This document shows, one piece after another, positions 12,618 through 26,815 of a stretch of 64,000 bases of DNA; within the stretch, counting starts at the first letter, position 1; every line of letters starts with the position of its first letter. The stretch is taken from positions 682,001 to 746,000 of the forward strand of contig NW_020847100.1 of assembly GCF_003704095.1 (NCBI RefSeq), written 5' to 3'. This stretch comes from Pocillopora damicornis (lineage: Eukaryota). A program made the position numbers and the translations under genes. Below the pieces are notes generated by a model that was not told the DNA's origin, searched no databases, and saw only the letters and a program-made list of their open reading frames with translations.

Positions 12618-13256
12618 TGCTGCACCAAGATATATCGAATAGCTTTGATGTGCTTCTCTCCATTGTCTGATGAGTCACCTTCTATAGCATCATTACCACA
12701 TGTATTAGAGCCGTCAACATATCCTCCTGTTCCAAGACTCTGAAATCAGCGGTTGCGCAGTCTTTTTCATTATTTCCAAGAATACCGATTCTTGCTCTAG
12801 AATAGCCTTTGGCACTTCCCAGTACTAGTGGTTCTGCCCGCAGCATTGAAGCCTTCCTTGTTACAATTGGCCTGTAAGGAGGATTGTGAACCGATGAAAT
12901 TCCTCCACGCGTTGCGACCCAATGAGGTTGCGCGGTATTTTCCATAAGCGATCAGAGAGGAGAGAGAGAGCTTACCTGCTTCTTGATGACAATGAACTTG
13001 AACTGTTGGTTGATCTTCATACCGAGGCATATCTTGGAGGAGAATGATTCTTCATCGCTGCAATAAGACCTTCGAGTTTGGTTTGTAACATTTTCATGGC
13101 ATCGTTGGCGTCCGAGTCTTAAATCATGTCACAGATAAGATTACACGCCATCATTTGGTCGTAGGGCTTGGCGAAAACTGGGGAAGAGGATTTGCCTCCA
13201 TTTATGGTCAGCAAAAGGAACACAGCGGTGATACAAACTTGGAACAACCCGCTCAT
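12618..13256 (-). pseudogene. Internally deleted USOMP5-like paralog
   Basis: Exon 1 has a premature TAA (CAA>TAA) and is fused at ~13038 to the middle of the terminal exon. Further indels follow, and the normal TGA stop reads CAA. Confidence 0.85.
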
Positions 13257-14940
13257 TTTGACGAGTTGTCGTAGCATTATGAGAATAAGAGGACTGTGTG
13301 AATCTTTTGTCTGTTATGAGTACGTGGCTTGCGTGGCTTGGCCATTCCCCGGCTGGATAAATTAAATAGTGTACTAGTAAGCCAGTGCAAGGTTGAGCGA
13401 ACTGACAACCCGTTACCCCTGAAAAAATTATATCAGTTTTGATCGTTATATCAAATCGATATCAAAGCATTTAAAGGCTGAACACGCAAAGGAAACCTCT
13501 ATTTAATTTCTAATGCAGACTGAAAGCTTATGTTTATTTTTTTTTCATCGTCACTTCGAAGCCTTGCCAATTCGCAGAGGGTCCTATAGAAAAACAGTGA
13601 GCGTGAATGTAAAGGAATTCATGAACTACGTGGAGAAAAAAAACGCATGATGAACGTTTCGTGGCGCCGAAATACAGACAAATGAACTCTGAAAAATATG
13701 AATAAATTGATTACTCTTATAGTCTTAATTTCATAGTCTTTTCTCTCTGTTCTGGCTCAAGATGATGGGGTCAGAAGCATTCGAATTATCTGTGCTATAA
13801 ACTGTAAGGACTCTCATGGATTTTATAAATTATCAATCGAAAAGTGTTTTTCAACCCTTTCCAATTTTAAGATCAGGTTATGCAAACATAAGTGCCCGTC
13901 TTTATGGGTTCCGTTAGGATATTTTTCTGAAACACGCACGAATCTCCGTGTTTACTTACTCCCATCGAAACTTAAAATTGTTAGACTTAGGGAAGTATAT
14001 GTCTACAGTCCATCTGGAAAATGTTTTCTTTTAATTTGGATCATCACTAGTATGTTTTACAAACGATTCACCGGATATGGAACCCTTGAGAAGTCATTTG
14101 CTTGAGGACAGACGTTTCAAGTCGAACGAAGACCGTCAGATGTTAACTGTACTTTCCCTGCATCGCCTTTTTTCATGGCCTAAATTCGTAGCCGTGTGTA
14201 CTTTAAACGCTGATTGAAAGGCTTCCTACTTAATCGTTAGATGTCAAGGCACGCACGGCTAGAACCAGTCAAATTCTCCTTCTGGTCGGCTCAACACCTC
14301 AAAAACATTGTGCTTAAATGCCCCCGTGAGAATAATCATTTAAACGCAACATTTCCTTTTTGTTTTGTTTTGAGTGTGATAATCAGCTACGCAGGTAACC
14401 TTGAGTTATTAACTGCTGGTTAAAGTGTTATCGATTCTGCTATTTGTTTTCAACAGCAAATGACAAGAGCGTTTTTGGAAAGAAAATTTTCTAACAAGTA
14501 AAGTAGTCCTCACAAATTCAGAAATGTCTATAATGAAGGCTCCATTTTGGTTTTTATGACAACTGCGAAAGCAAATTTCAATGTTTGAGTGCTTTTTCAT
14601 CAGACACACTTCATCAGAAAAAGTAGTCCAAACAATCTTCAATTAAATTTCCGTCGTTGTTTATAAGGATCATCTTCTTTTTCATTCTACCAAGAGCCTG
14701 TTTATGACCAGAGTTTGATTTACCTTTCACCGCTCTGCAAATAAGTAAAAATAACATTTTTATTGAGTAAAGTAACTGCTATTTACTTTAGTGCTTCCTA
14801 CTATGTTTTTTTCTTCTCCCCTTTATTTCAGAAATTGACGCAATCTTCTAGTAAAGGGTCCAAAATATTGAGTAACGTCGAATTAAGCCATTAAATTTCC
14901 TGCCGAGAGGTTAGTTTACCGTGTTCTCTCTTAAATACGC

Positions 14941-15800
14941 ATGGTGTCCCTCGCAGCTTGGTACAGAATGACAGAAATCAACGAAACATCATCGATAACG
15001 AATACGGGAATCGTCAATATTGCCTTGAAAGCTTTCTCGCCTTGTACAGCTATCGTATTGAATAGCTTGGCAATCCATGCCTTGATAAGGACTTCATCTC
15101 TAACAAAGCCTACGAAAACATTGCTCTTGAGTCTTGCAATGTCTGATCTCTCTGTTGGTTTAGTATCTCAGCCGTTATTCATAGCACGCATTTTAAGACA
15201 AAGTTTTACATCTGTGTACTTCATTTCTTTGGTCTTTCAAACTGCTCTTGCACGCGTTTCGTTTTTTGGAGTCAGCTTTGAATGTGGACAGACTCTTGGC
15301 CATTTATCTTCGTCTCAGTGTGACTTGTGACTTGTGACGTGTTGTCAGAACAGTCAATTTACTTTGGGTTTTGAGTTGTTTTCTTCCAGCAGTTTCCTTT
15401 CTTTGCTTGATTCCAGCGGAACTTTTAGTCAGCATTTGAAGTGTTTGTTTTATTTGAATGACAATTTCATGTTTTCGGCTTTACTTTGCTGTAAGACGCA
15501 ACAGAAACCAAATTCATGCTTTACAAGTACAACAAACAGTGCAAGATGGTGAATTAAAAGATGGTTCAAGATTTTAAAAAAGTGTATTCAACATATTTTA
15601 TGTGTATTTTGTCTTTTGTGTTTGTTATCTGCCGAAATATTGTTTTCATGTTTGCAAGGTAATATTTAATATGAATATTAACGACTCGCCATTTGAATTA
15701 TTTTAATTTTGTTCTCAAACAATGTTCTTGAATTCCTCTTTGAACCCTGTTATTTACTGATGGAGAATGAGACACATTCGACGCACCATCATCAATCGAA
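14941..15800 (+). pseudogene. Class A (rhodopsin-like) GPCR pseudogene
   Basis: TM1-TM2 motif LLLSLAMSDLSVGLVSQP, frameshifts around TM3-TM5, and TM7 NSSLNPVIY*WRMRHIR with a stop replacing Cys at ~15758. Confidence 0.8.
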
Positions 15801-16354
15801 GTCTATACAGCGGATGATCAACACGGAAAATGAGGCACTGTTGATCTGACGATATGTTCCCTCATCTGGATCATCTATGGGGATCAATTATTATTATCTA
15901 TTTTATTCATTTATGGTCAGCTCGGCTGGTTCTTTTGAATTAGGACATTATTTTTGAGAAGAGAGAAAAAACATGAACAAACAATGGAGTGGAATAGTAA
16001 TGATGATATTAACTAAAACAATCATTACAATAATGAGTAGGTTATGTCGTCAAACGTTTCTTTTCCATTGACCTGCGATGCCAGAAGACAGCTTACAGAT
16101 TGTGAGTTTTATAAGTGAAATAACGATTCTAAGCAGTAGGGGTGGTAACGTCGATCCTCATTTCTATTGAACTAACCAGGGAGCTTTTGACGTTGATTTG
16201 GATGGGATTTTAAGTAAAAAAGAGGGAAAAAATGGTTTGAGAAACCGAGCTATTTTGAACGATCGTCTTATTTCTTTGTATCTCCTCATGCTAAGACGTT
16301 ATTTTGGCGTTCATTTGCGCCATATATTTGACAGTGACTGTCATGTTTTCCTTG

Positions 16355-19300
16355 TCACTGCACCAAGATGTACCCCATTCCCTTGATGTGTTGTTCTCCG
16401 TTATCAGGTGAGTATTTTGCTAGGTTACCACACGTGTTGGAGTTGTCAGGATTCCCTCCAGTACCAAAGCCAATTCTAGAATCACAAGAAGAGCACTTGT
16501 TCTCATTATTGGCAATGAAACCGATTCTTGCCTTTGAGAAACCCTGGACACTACATACAGCATTGAACCCTTCTTTGTTGCAGTTATGCTGTAGGGAGGC
16601 CTGGGAACCAATCAGCGACTTCCAATTGTTTCGACCTGCTGACGTGCTGCGGTACTGCCCGTCAGCAATCAGTGAGTGCAATGAGTTTGCTCGCTGATTG
16701 ATCACAATGAAGTTGATCTGACTACCAATCCTCATACCGAGACAGATCTTGGAAAAGGGAGTGCTCCAGTAGGTCGGTAACTTGGTTTCTTGCTGGTCAA
16801 ACCCAGTTACGCCTCCAACTCGGTTAAAAGCGTTTTTGTCGCTCCAGAGGTCAGATTCAAAGCGGAAGGTTTGCTAAGAAGGAGAGAGAAAATTAATATG
16901 CCAAATATTGGGAAAATCTAAGCCAATTAAGGTTCAAAGTAGATTTCCAGTGTGGCTTACGTTGCTCCGTACCTAAAAGGTGCGCAAAGAAAACTTACGA
17001 AAGTAATTTCCACCGCCGCGTAAAAAACGCTATCACACGAGTTTTTTACGTGCGATTAACGCAGGCCCGTGCGTTAAGGTTGAAGCGTGTTTAACTTTTC
17101 TCTGCACTCTCGCGATTGCAACTTGCCTAACCTAACTAAACAACCCTGACCCTAGCCGAAAAAAAAATGCATGTAGAAAGATGACGACTTTTAGTCAACG
17201 GATGCGTGAACGCAGGTAAATTTTCATTTTAAAGAACGTAATATTTTTTCAGTGCACGTTCACGCGCGTGGAAAAAACAAAAGGCGTCTGTGGAAACCAG
17301 CTTTAAACTAAGAGAGATAAAGTGAATCGCTTTGCAGTGATTACTTACCTTACGCGGGCTTAAGCTTTGAAATTCCTTTTATGATCCACCTCAGATCTTA
17401 GTCTGATAGACCCTTTCAATGAACTAATGAGAGTTTATTTTTCACCTTTGTATGATAGAAGACACGATACCTTTGTGCCGTTCATTTTCATGACCAGTGT
17501 CCATCCATCGCCCCCGCAGCCCATTAGGTCATTAGTCATATGACAGTAAACATGAACCTCTTCATTATCCACTTGGAGTGTATAAGCTCTGTTTTCATTT
17601 GAACTGATAAGAGGACAAATTAATTTCTTTAATTTCGCAGTCTTCCGTCTATAAGACGGTCGAGATGACTACTTTCTTTTGTATTGAATGTTGACCACGA
17701 AAGCAAAGCGACAATTTTTTTCTCTCTCTTGATCCTTAGTTAGAATAGCTATCAACAACATATTACCTTTGACTTTTGAAAATTTCTTTACATGTGTAAA
17801 AGGATGGACCTATATCAAGATTAAGTGTAAAAATAATTAATGACACACCTTGTTTGCGTATTGTTAAGGTAAATCTGTAAAGATATTAACACCAATCTGA
17901 TGGCGTAAATGACTTTATACACATTCTGCACTAAGTATGTGCGAGTAGTTGAAAGCTGACAACTAATTTGAATGTTGATGTGTAGTATATCAATCACTGT
18001 TATTAGTAAAACGGCGCCAAACTGCGTACGAAGTCTCCATTGTCTTTATTGGCATTTTCAAGTTTCGCTGATTGCTGAAGTAGCCATCCGTATCCCACAG
18101 TACACTAATCATCAGAGTATTGTTGAAAGTAATGCGCACAGAAAAAATGGATTGAATGTAAATCCGACAAAAGGAAAATTACGAATTTACAATAGGATAC
18201 GCCAAACGATTTTTTAACGGAACCACAGGCTCATTTATGATTGTGTGAACAAAGATGTTTATAAAACTCCTTAAACTCGTCTTTACTGTCAAAAGTTGAA
18301 AATGATTTTTACAGAATGCGACTCTCCTACGGTTGAATGGTATATTTTTTGTGTGGAAGACCTTTCAACGCTTTTAAACCATCTACTGTTAATTTTTATT
18401 TGGATGCTTCGGAAGGGAGCAAAAATTTTACCTTTGCACGTTTGTCCATTTCCAGAATATCCTGGTCTACAAGTACAGTTGTAGGATCCTTTGGTATTGT
18501 TGCACACAGCATCGATACTGCAGTTGGATATTCCCTCAATACACTCGTTTATATCTGCAAGATTCGCAACCGGTGTTTTCGCATGGAAAGTCAAATACTT
18601 GCTTCTGTTTTAACCAAATTGATCATACAACGGATTACAAAATGATTTTTTTGCTCAATTCCTTTCTTTAAACTAAGAGAAAATAATCGTGGACAAATTA
18701 ATTTTACCATTGCAAGACCATCCATCTCCGGAATACCCAGGTTTACATGTACAATAGTATGATCCCTTGGTATTGTTGCACACGGCATCAGCACTGCAGC
18801 TGTGAAATCCGCTAGAACACTCATCGACATCTGGAAAGAATTGCCCCTGTTTTAGTTCAATGCCTACTCACGATTGGATCAAAAAGGCTAAATATTTTTC
18901 TGTTATGAAAAAAAAAAAAAAGAACAGAAAACAACAGTGGATCTTGACATAATCTATATTTCATGCCTAACGGACTGTAGCATTGTTCGAATCTTAAACC
19001 ACCTGAATAGCGGGATGCGAGATAGTTAGTTGTAGGTGTAGCCACCTTGGTAAGTATTTAGCGGGTTTGACCTGCCTCAGCCATTTTCAATGTAATTTGA
19101 ACGTGAAACGATTTCGATAAGTGCCAAATTCTTTCAAAGGAACTAGTTTATTTTTGTTTCAAATTTTTCTGCTTTAAAGCCTCTTCAATTCGGCATTATG
19201 CATTCCCCGTTTGAAGAAAATGTAACGAGCTTAACACACACAACTTGAAAGACGGTACTCAAAATTTATTTTCAAAACACTCCGAGACGTGCATCGTGAG

Positions 19301-20599
19301 TTAAGAACAAGCTCTGAACAAGAATATAGGCATAATAAGTAACTTTTTGTCATAGGATTTTGCAAGTGTTTGTTCTAGAAAGTGAAGCAAGTTGTTTAAA
19401 CCACAACAACGAGTGGAAAAAGAAAACAAATCCGGATGTCTACTTTCAAAACTCATTGAAATATGCGCAAAAACTTTAGCTGTACTGCCGTTTATCCTAC
19501 TGACATATTGAACCATTGAACAGCGTCCATTGCAATGATAAGCAATGCAGTCCTCCTTTAGAAGGAAATTCAAGTCTGAAGTGTAATGTCAGGTTGCATA
19601 AGAAGAAACAGTTTGGATCGTATATCAAAGTCACTCTGTAAACACATGGTAGAGTGGACATCCGTTTCTGGCGATAGGTTATTTGTAAAGTTTTGTTCCG
19701 TGCTTTTGTAAGGAATATTTGAAGAATAGCAAAGACAACAGCCCACATGCTCCTTGAAAATATGATGGCGTAATTGTTTGTTTGGATATTGTGTAACATT
19801 TGAAGCTCGGAGAAAAATATGCCCGCCGGCAGTTTTCTGAACAAAATGATAAGTTAGCGTAGGCTATAAAATCAGCTTCCATGAGCCGCGCCGGTTTGTA
19901 ACTATTTATAAACCACATTTTAGATTTTACCTTGGTCACAGTGTCGACCTTTGAATCCAGCAGTGCACAAACAGCGATATCCTTTGTCGTTAAAACCACT
20001 TTGACAAGTAGCGTTGTTCTTGCAAAAGTTTTTAACACAAGCGCTCTGAGGTCGTAAGAGAGATTATAATTACAACCATAACATATACATTAAAATGTAA
20101 ACGATGTCGCTTGGGTCATCAACGATTCTGAAATTTATCCCTTTAATTTTAAAGCGAGAGAGAATCGATAAAAACTCATTTGCAAAACCGGGGAATTATA
20201 TAAAAAACAAAAAGACGGGAAGACGAAAAAAAAAATTGAAGCGATCAGTTCAACATTTACGATCTTGATCATGAGCCTGGTTCCTTTTTCGCGAAAATGT
20301 TTTCTTTCGTATAGGTAACGATAAACCAACCTTTGCTGCATGATAAAACGAATTTTCTTCCTCCCTCAGCTCATGTTCGTGTCCTTCGTGAGTAACATTA
20401 TTCAATTCGCATTTATAGTTTCCACTTCCATCAACTCGTTTATCAAGGTTGATGCTGACACAGTCGGGCTCCATGAAACACAGCGCTCTGCAAAACCGTT
20501 TTTCCATGACTTCAATGATACGGATCCTGTGGTTCACAAGGCGTTTGCCAGCAAATACCATCCCAGGCCTGAACTCTAAAGTACGGCATTGGTCTGCGT
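16355..20599 (-). CDS. PAN-EGF-cbEGF-cbEGF-USOMP5-like protein (exons 20599-20331, 20045-19931, 18830-18708, 18554-18432, 17809-17767, 17603-17471, 16873-16355; first exon not located)
   Basis: Seven exons join in frame with GT-AG sites: PAN-like [17 protein letters not shown]...CELN, EGF, two D(V/I)(D/N)EC calcium-binding EGFs, TCKEIF micro-exon, VYCHM..GGDGWTL exon, and an open 519-nt terminal exon. Confidence 0.88.
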
Positions 20600-20699
20600 C
20601 TGGACAGTCAGAATGAATAGATAATAATAACTAAATGAAAGCGATGATGATAAGAAAATTGATAAAAATGATAATAATAATAATTGTTACATAAACTAC

Positions 20700-21330
20700 T
20701 GTGTTACACATGGATTTTTAGCCCCGAGAAAAGCCGTAACAACACACGTGAACAAATACGATATTTTTCACGTGCCACTCGGTCAGGATGATGAATGAAC
20801 AGCAAAGCCTTCACCATTCTTAGTCAAAGGTCGTTTGTCGGAATTTTCTCGGGTTTTAGCGGCTAAAACATTGAAGAATCCGTATCACTTACAGACAGAG
20901 ACGTTCAAACTTTCCTAGAAGGGAAAGAAAAACCAGTATACGAAAAGAGAAACCGAAAGTTACGTATTCAGTGGCTTTGCTAATGGCATTTCTCGCGGCT
21001 GAGAACGAAAATTGACCATTGGAAGATTTGCCACAGGCCGATTTGGTTTTTGTAGTGATCAACGCATTCAACCATCTCGAGCCTTGGCGCCAACCCACTG
21101 TGCGATTTTTATTCGGGGACTGTCGATTCCTTTATTTTCATTCCTTAATAAGGTTGGCTTTTTTTGTCAGTAAAGAGCTATTGTGTTTATATGATAAACA
21201 AAATAATACACGGTTGCTTGTGTGCAACTCGACATCTCATTCGTTCACTGCGCTCACTCGTGAGCTATCGATTTAAACACTCGAAGAGAAATTCCATGTC
21301 TGCGCGCGCCTATGTATTATTCTCTATTTG
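20700..21330. repeat. Interspersed non-autonomous repeat; internally deleted copy at ~25255-25530
   Basis: Shared blocks GCCGTAA..ACACGTGAA..TTTTTCACGTG and CTGCGCTCACTCGTGAGCTATCGA..AAATTCCAT..ATTCTCTAT. Confidence 0.65.
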
Positions 21331-24300
21331 TAATATTAGAAATATTAAAAGTCTCAATAGATGAAGATAATGATAGTGATAACGATAACGATAAAGGGAC
21401 AGAATACCTGTATCTATTTGTCGGCCAAGCTCCTATTTGGTATTTGCTTGAAAATAACTGAATTGCACCAGATATTGTGGCTAACTGTCTGATAGCACGC
21501 GTCATATTTCAGTTCACTTTCAGGTCAAAATATACCAAATTACCACCATTATTTACCGTTGTTGGGAAAACTTGTGTTACCCACTTTTAAAAAGATTTAA
21601 GTGTCAAAAAAGTCGGCAATTTGTTTGTGGTTTCCAGCCGTGTTGCTTATCAACATGATGTAGGAGAAAACGTTTATTCCATCCAAGGGAATATCGGACA
21701 CTGTTAGCGAAGAAAACCGATGCAGTGAACACAAACAAGAAGAGCTGCCCAGCAAACAGATAATCCCCCCCTCGTCCTTAGAAGACACTTTTCATAAATA
21801 ACTTTTCAATCATAAAATTCCAAAAATATAAAAAAAAATTCAAAGAATGGGGTACATTACTGCAAGAATACGATGATGAAGGAGTCGTTTAAAAGCACAT
21901 GACTGACATAAACGCCGCTCAGTGCTAATTTGCCTAAACTGATGCCTCATACTCATCGATTCTATAACAACTCACTGAGTGGCATGGAACACGGGTAAAT
22001 AACTGACATAACAAATTATGCGCTAGATAGGAAATATAAAGAAACTTTTTATCATGAGGATGAGTGAAACTACTGATTTAAAATAATGACAGGGCTTAAA
22101 TCCCAAGCAGGACTTAAAAACACTAATTTACCCTCAGTATCTTCACGTCAGAGATGATTAAGAACGAAACCGACCTTGCGACGTGACAGAATCAGACATC
22201 AAAAGGTAAACCGGTAACAGAAGATAGATAGGAATCGAATCTGACGCAGTGTGGGAACGCATTCTGAGACTGACTTCCCGAGAGACTTGCAAATTGCTGT
22301 GGAATATCATATATTATTTATGATCACACTTCTATGATTAAACTCATTGACGTTCGTTAAACTAATGAAACAAAGATGTCATTGATTTCCATTTAGCATG
22401 GTCCCCTTCATCATTGTGCCAACTGTCATATAATTCAATAGATACTACTAATTTATTCAAATATTTTACTGGGCGTCATGTCAAGTTAGTTAATAATTGA
22501 TTATGTAGTGTATGATAATAGTGTAGTTGTAATAATGTGGTTGATAATTAGTAAATAATTGCTAATGTTTATTTTATTTGGACTTTACTTATTTGTACTT
22601 TGAAGCGGTAAAAGTCTCAAAATCGATTTCTCTCCATTCACTGTGAAACTAACCAGGAATATAATATTATGTAGATGCAGTTGGCTTTTATTTGTAGAAA
22701 CAATGAAGAATTTCATGTGATTTTTTTCCATCTTTTTCCATGTGCTTTATTCCAATCAACACACCTTTCAAGATCAGTAATATTTTGTACGTTTTAGGTT
22801 TTATAATTGTTTTCATTAAGATCTTTATCACTATCGCTTATGTACAGGTTTGTTCTGTACACTCCAACTTTTATGTGTTATGATTTATACAGTTTAATGA
22901 TTCGTATCTTTATGAAATAACATAGATTTAGTTGTACCTGCGATGAGACAGAAATGAAGAGATGAAATATTGGGCTTAAATAGTCCGCCTAACAGAAAAC
23001 TCGTGGTAAGATTGTAGTGACAAAGATGGCAATCTTTGTCAATTAAGGTCAGCTCGTCGGCAAATGATCGTCACGAAGTCTCTGATACAGAATCGACGCA
23101 CAGGTCAGTTGTTGCAACGAAACGAGGCAGGATTTTGGATGGCGGTTGAAGAGAGGATCCCTTGTTTAGGGCGATCAAGCTTAGAGTATTCCATAAAAAT
23201 ATCACAAAGGATAGAAAATGTTGATTATTGCGATTAGTATGGTATATTTGTGTAAGCAGCTCTTATACTTAAACGAGTCAGAAACGATATTGAGCATGCT
23301 GATGAAAATAAGCCTTCATAACCTGCTTGAAACAATATAACTTTCATTAAGATGCGGGGCAAAGATGGCTTATTAGCATAACCGCCACTATACTTACTCA
23401 GAAAGTGAGTAGGGCCTGTCGATTCTTGCACATGCCCAAGAATCCGTCGATCCCCGCAAACTATTTGTCTTGGTACACAACATTCATTTCCATATCTCCG
23501 TAAATGGAGGAACGCGTAGAGTATTTTGCAAATTAAAGACTAAGGATAGGCCCAAAAACATTGCCCGGTTAACACACTCAATTTGCCATCCAATAGAGAG
23601 AAGTAAAAACAACAAACTTATCTCTTCTAACTTTTGAAGTAAATAATCATAATAATAAAAAAAAAAAACTCACTATAACCCTAATCCAAAAAAAAAGGCG
23701 TTTAAAAAACAAATTTCAGGAGATTACAAGCTCGTCTTGAGTGAGTTTGTGACAAGACGCCCGAATGGTGAGGGGAGAAAAGATAGAGAACTGAAAATAA
23801 AAAAGGCTTGAAAAGATGTCAGAAAATGCTATGCACTTTGGCCTTTTCTCATCCTGTAAGGTAAAACCGATTCTCCAAAACAGAATTAACACGTTCAAAA
23901 ACCATTGTAGGGGTCTAGAACTGAATTTCATCCCAGGAGTTTCTTTAAAAACTCTCCATCCAGATTTCTGTTGTTAATTGTCGTAGCCGTGACGGGTAAA
24001 TTTTTCAAGGGCTCAACGATTTACGATCTATTTTTTTTATTATCAAACAACCCGGTGCTCGACACCTGTTTAAGAGAAACAAAGACAAAACAATTTATGC
24101 CAATCTTTCATTCAGGAAACCCATTAAAAATGTGGAAAAACGAAAAGAAGCTACTAGAAATTGATTGCAAAGACGCACACCGATGTGGTAATCTGGGAAG
24201 TTTTATCTGTTTAAAGAGTTCCATGATCCGGACTCAAAATAAAAGTTATTCTAATGACTTTTTCCTATAGATGGCAAAATGTCACTTTGTTCCTCTTCAC

Positions 24301-26147
24301 TTTAATCACCGCTGCCAACATTGGAGGCTTCATCTAAAATCACACCAGTCTACGAAAATATCTCAAGGAGCTCTACAAACACGTTAAAATGTATAACCAT
24401 AGCAAATATTCACTGAAAGTGAAAAGATAAAATCTGGCTTCAAAATATTAATGGCGGAAAGTACCTCTCACAGTTTGTCTGTCTTTAAAAGAAACGTGAT
24501 GAAGAAGTTATTTTTCTTTCCCACGAATTGCATGGAGGGTTCGAGTCGACATCACGCCCCTAAATTATAGTGATTTTGATGAAGCAATTTTGAAAACCAC
24601 AAAACACTCCATAGAACCACCGAGAGAGCCTACATGGCAGCTTATTTTTTCAGTATTAGTTCACCAATTAAAATTTCAAAGGTAAGCAATACTAAGAGAA
24701 CGTAAAAAAGTTAGGGTTTACAAAAGACTAAAAAAATTGCCTTATGACGGCGGACACTTTAAGCCCTCTAGTCTAAAGTATGCATCCCGAATGCATAAAT
24801 AAAGGATAATTAACTAAAAATTTCAGTAAAAGTAAAGCAAGTAAATTACTACATTGAGTTTAATCCGCTAAAATAACTGTCGAAGTAAAAGACGCGATGT
24901 AACCTCGCGACGACTGGTAGCAGCAAAAGTACCCTTAACTCGGCTTGTCATGATCTGAACCACACAAAATCCAACATGCAATATGGATCAAAAACGTGAT
25001 ACAATATGACATGTTTGTCCTTTTATTATTTGAGACCTCAGCTGATTTCTTCTCGAAGACGTTTTTTCTATTCGAATCCGTCGAAGCGTTTATAGCGAAA
25101 GCATCTGCAATCAAATGGCTATGGCATAATGAAAAGCGTATAGAACTATTAAAAGCTTTATTGATTTGATCTTTTCAATAACACACAATATAGAGAGTGA
25201 AAAACAGTGTATATAATTTTATCACATAAACTGCGGTGTTATATAAGGATTTTCCAGCCCTGAGACAAGCCGTAATAACACACGTGAAAAAATATCGTAT
25301 TTTTTCACGTGTATTGATATAGCCAACCAGCTGCTTACACATCACTCGTCTTTGGCGCCACTCGATCAGGTTGATGAATGAACGGCGAAGCCTTTACGAT
25401 TCTCAATACAAGCTGTCACAAAATCGACATCTCGACATCTCAATCGTTCGCTGCGCTCACTCGTGAGCTATCGAGGTAAACACTCGAAGGGAAATTCCAT
25501 ATCTACGCACACCTATGTACTATTCTCTATGTGCTAAACATGATACTTAAATTTTCTTTTTAATCTGTATATTTAACACACAAGGTACAACACTTATTTA
25601 TGATTACTGGCTATATCTTTTTCATGAAGAGGGGATTCTTAAAAAACAAACAGAACTATACTCACAAATTTTCTTCTGGCGAAAAATGCTTATATCAGCG
25701 GAGAGAGCTTACATGCAAAATACCTTCATTGCTCTTAATAAACTTTTAGAGCACAACTTAGCACTCAAGATGACAGAAATGTGAGATAATTGCGAATGGC
25801 CTATGTTTCACTGCGTCGTGACTTTTCTTTGTCCGCTTTGGAGGGGAGCAACAAAATTTCAGCGGAGTCAGAGAGCAAAGGGAACCTTTTTTTCGCGAAA
25901 CACTGAGGGAAAGGGGAATGATTTAAGTCTTGTTTCACACATTTACAATCCTTGAGGGGGCTTCTAAAATTTTCAACCTTCCTCCTCAAGAATCTCGATA
26001 CTTTTATATCACGTTTTACGGAAAGGTAGCCTTCTTTGAAAAAAAGCAAATTTTAGACGCTGGACTGGCAAATGGAGCAGGCCATCGGGGTGGATGCTTC
26101 CTTAAGAGGTCTATTGTATATATCACAGGTAAAATTTTAAAGCTATT

Positions 26148-26486
26148 CTACCGAACGAAAATGTATCCCATGGCTTTAATGTATTTGTCACCATTGTCAG
26201 GGTACATAATAGCAACGTTACCGCACGAGTTATTATCGTCATATGATCCTGCGCCACCAAAACCAATTCTTGAATCACATAGATCGCAGAAATTCAAATA
26301 CTCGTTGGAAACGATCCCAATCCTTGTTTTAGTTACTATACCGTCACAATTGAAGCCCTCCATGTTGCAGTGAAGCTGCAAGGAAGCCTGCGAGCCTATC
26401 AGCGTCTTCCATGTGTCCCGACCCAATGAGGTATTTCGGTATTTTCCATCAGCAAGCAGTGAGTACAAAGATTCAGCCTCTCTGTT
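26148..26486 (-). pseudogene. 5'-truncated duplicate of the USOMP5-like terminal exon
   Basis: Open frame [14 protein letters not shown]...KAMGYIFVR*. It starts mid-exon, directly after the 3' flank of the 26630 copy, with no splice acceptor. Confidence 0.7.
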
Positions 26487-26629
26487 ATGTAACGTTTACG
26501 GAAAGGTAGCCTTTTTAAAAAAACAAATTTTTTTAGATGCTGACGACTGGCAAATGGATCAGGCCATCAGGGTGGACGCTTCCTTAAAAGGTCTGTTGTA
26601 CATATCACAGGTAAAATTTAAAAGCTATT

Positions 26630-26815
26630 CTACTGAACAAAAATGTATCCCATGGCTTTAATGTGTTTTTCACCATTGTCAGGGTTCCAAACAGCAACGT
26701 TACCACATGAGTTATTATCGTCATATACTCCTGCGCCACCAAAACTAATTCTTGAATCACATTGATCGCAGGCATTCAAATACTCGTTAGAAACGATCCC
26801 AATCCTTGTTTTAGT
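26630..26815 (-). CDS. 3' end of a USOMP5-like terminal exon, cut by a gap
   Basis: [29 protein letters not shown]...KAMGYIFVQ*, open frame. Confidence 0.75.
   Translation of the reverse strand, partial: TKTRIGIVSNEYLNACDQCDSRISFGGAGVYDDNNSCGNVAVWNPDNGEKHIKAMGYIFVQ

Noticed and set aside
14065-14145. Possible third hammerhead (rc CTGACGG..GAAACGTC) or mariner SPD.xP relic
   Set aside because: The core lacks the conserved A of CUGANGA and the peptide match is too short; neither can be supported.
16935-17305. Possible intronic MITE
   Set aside because: The terminal inverted match (AAAGTAGATTTCCA / TGGAAACCAGCTTT) is too imperfect to call.
22125-22200. Candidate signal-peptide first exon for the 16355-20599 gene
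   Set aside because: No open ATG-to-donor frame with a hydrophobic core; first exons of the 20599, 30529 and 33199 genes remain unlocated.
23050-23500. Possible integrase/transposase relic (FAGIDGFLG on the minus strand)
   Set aside because: Only a short motif amid stops; a profile search would be needed.
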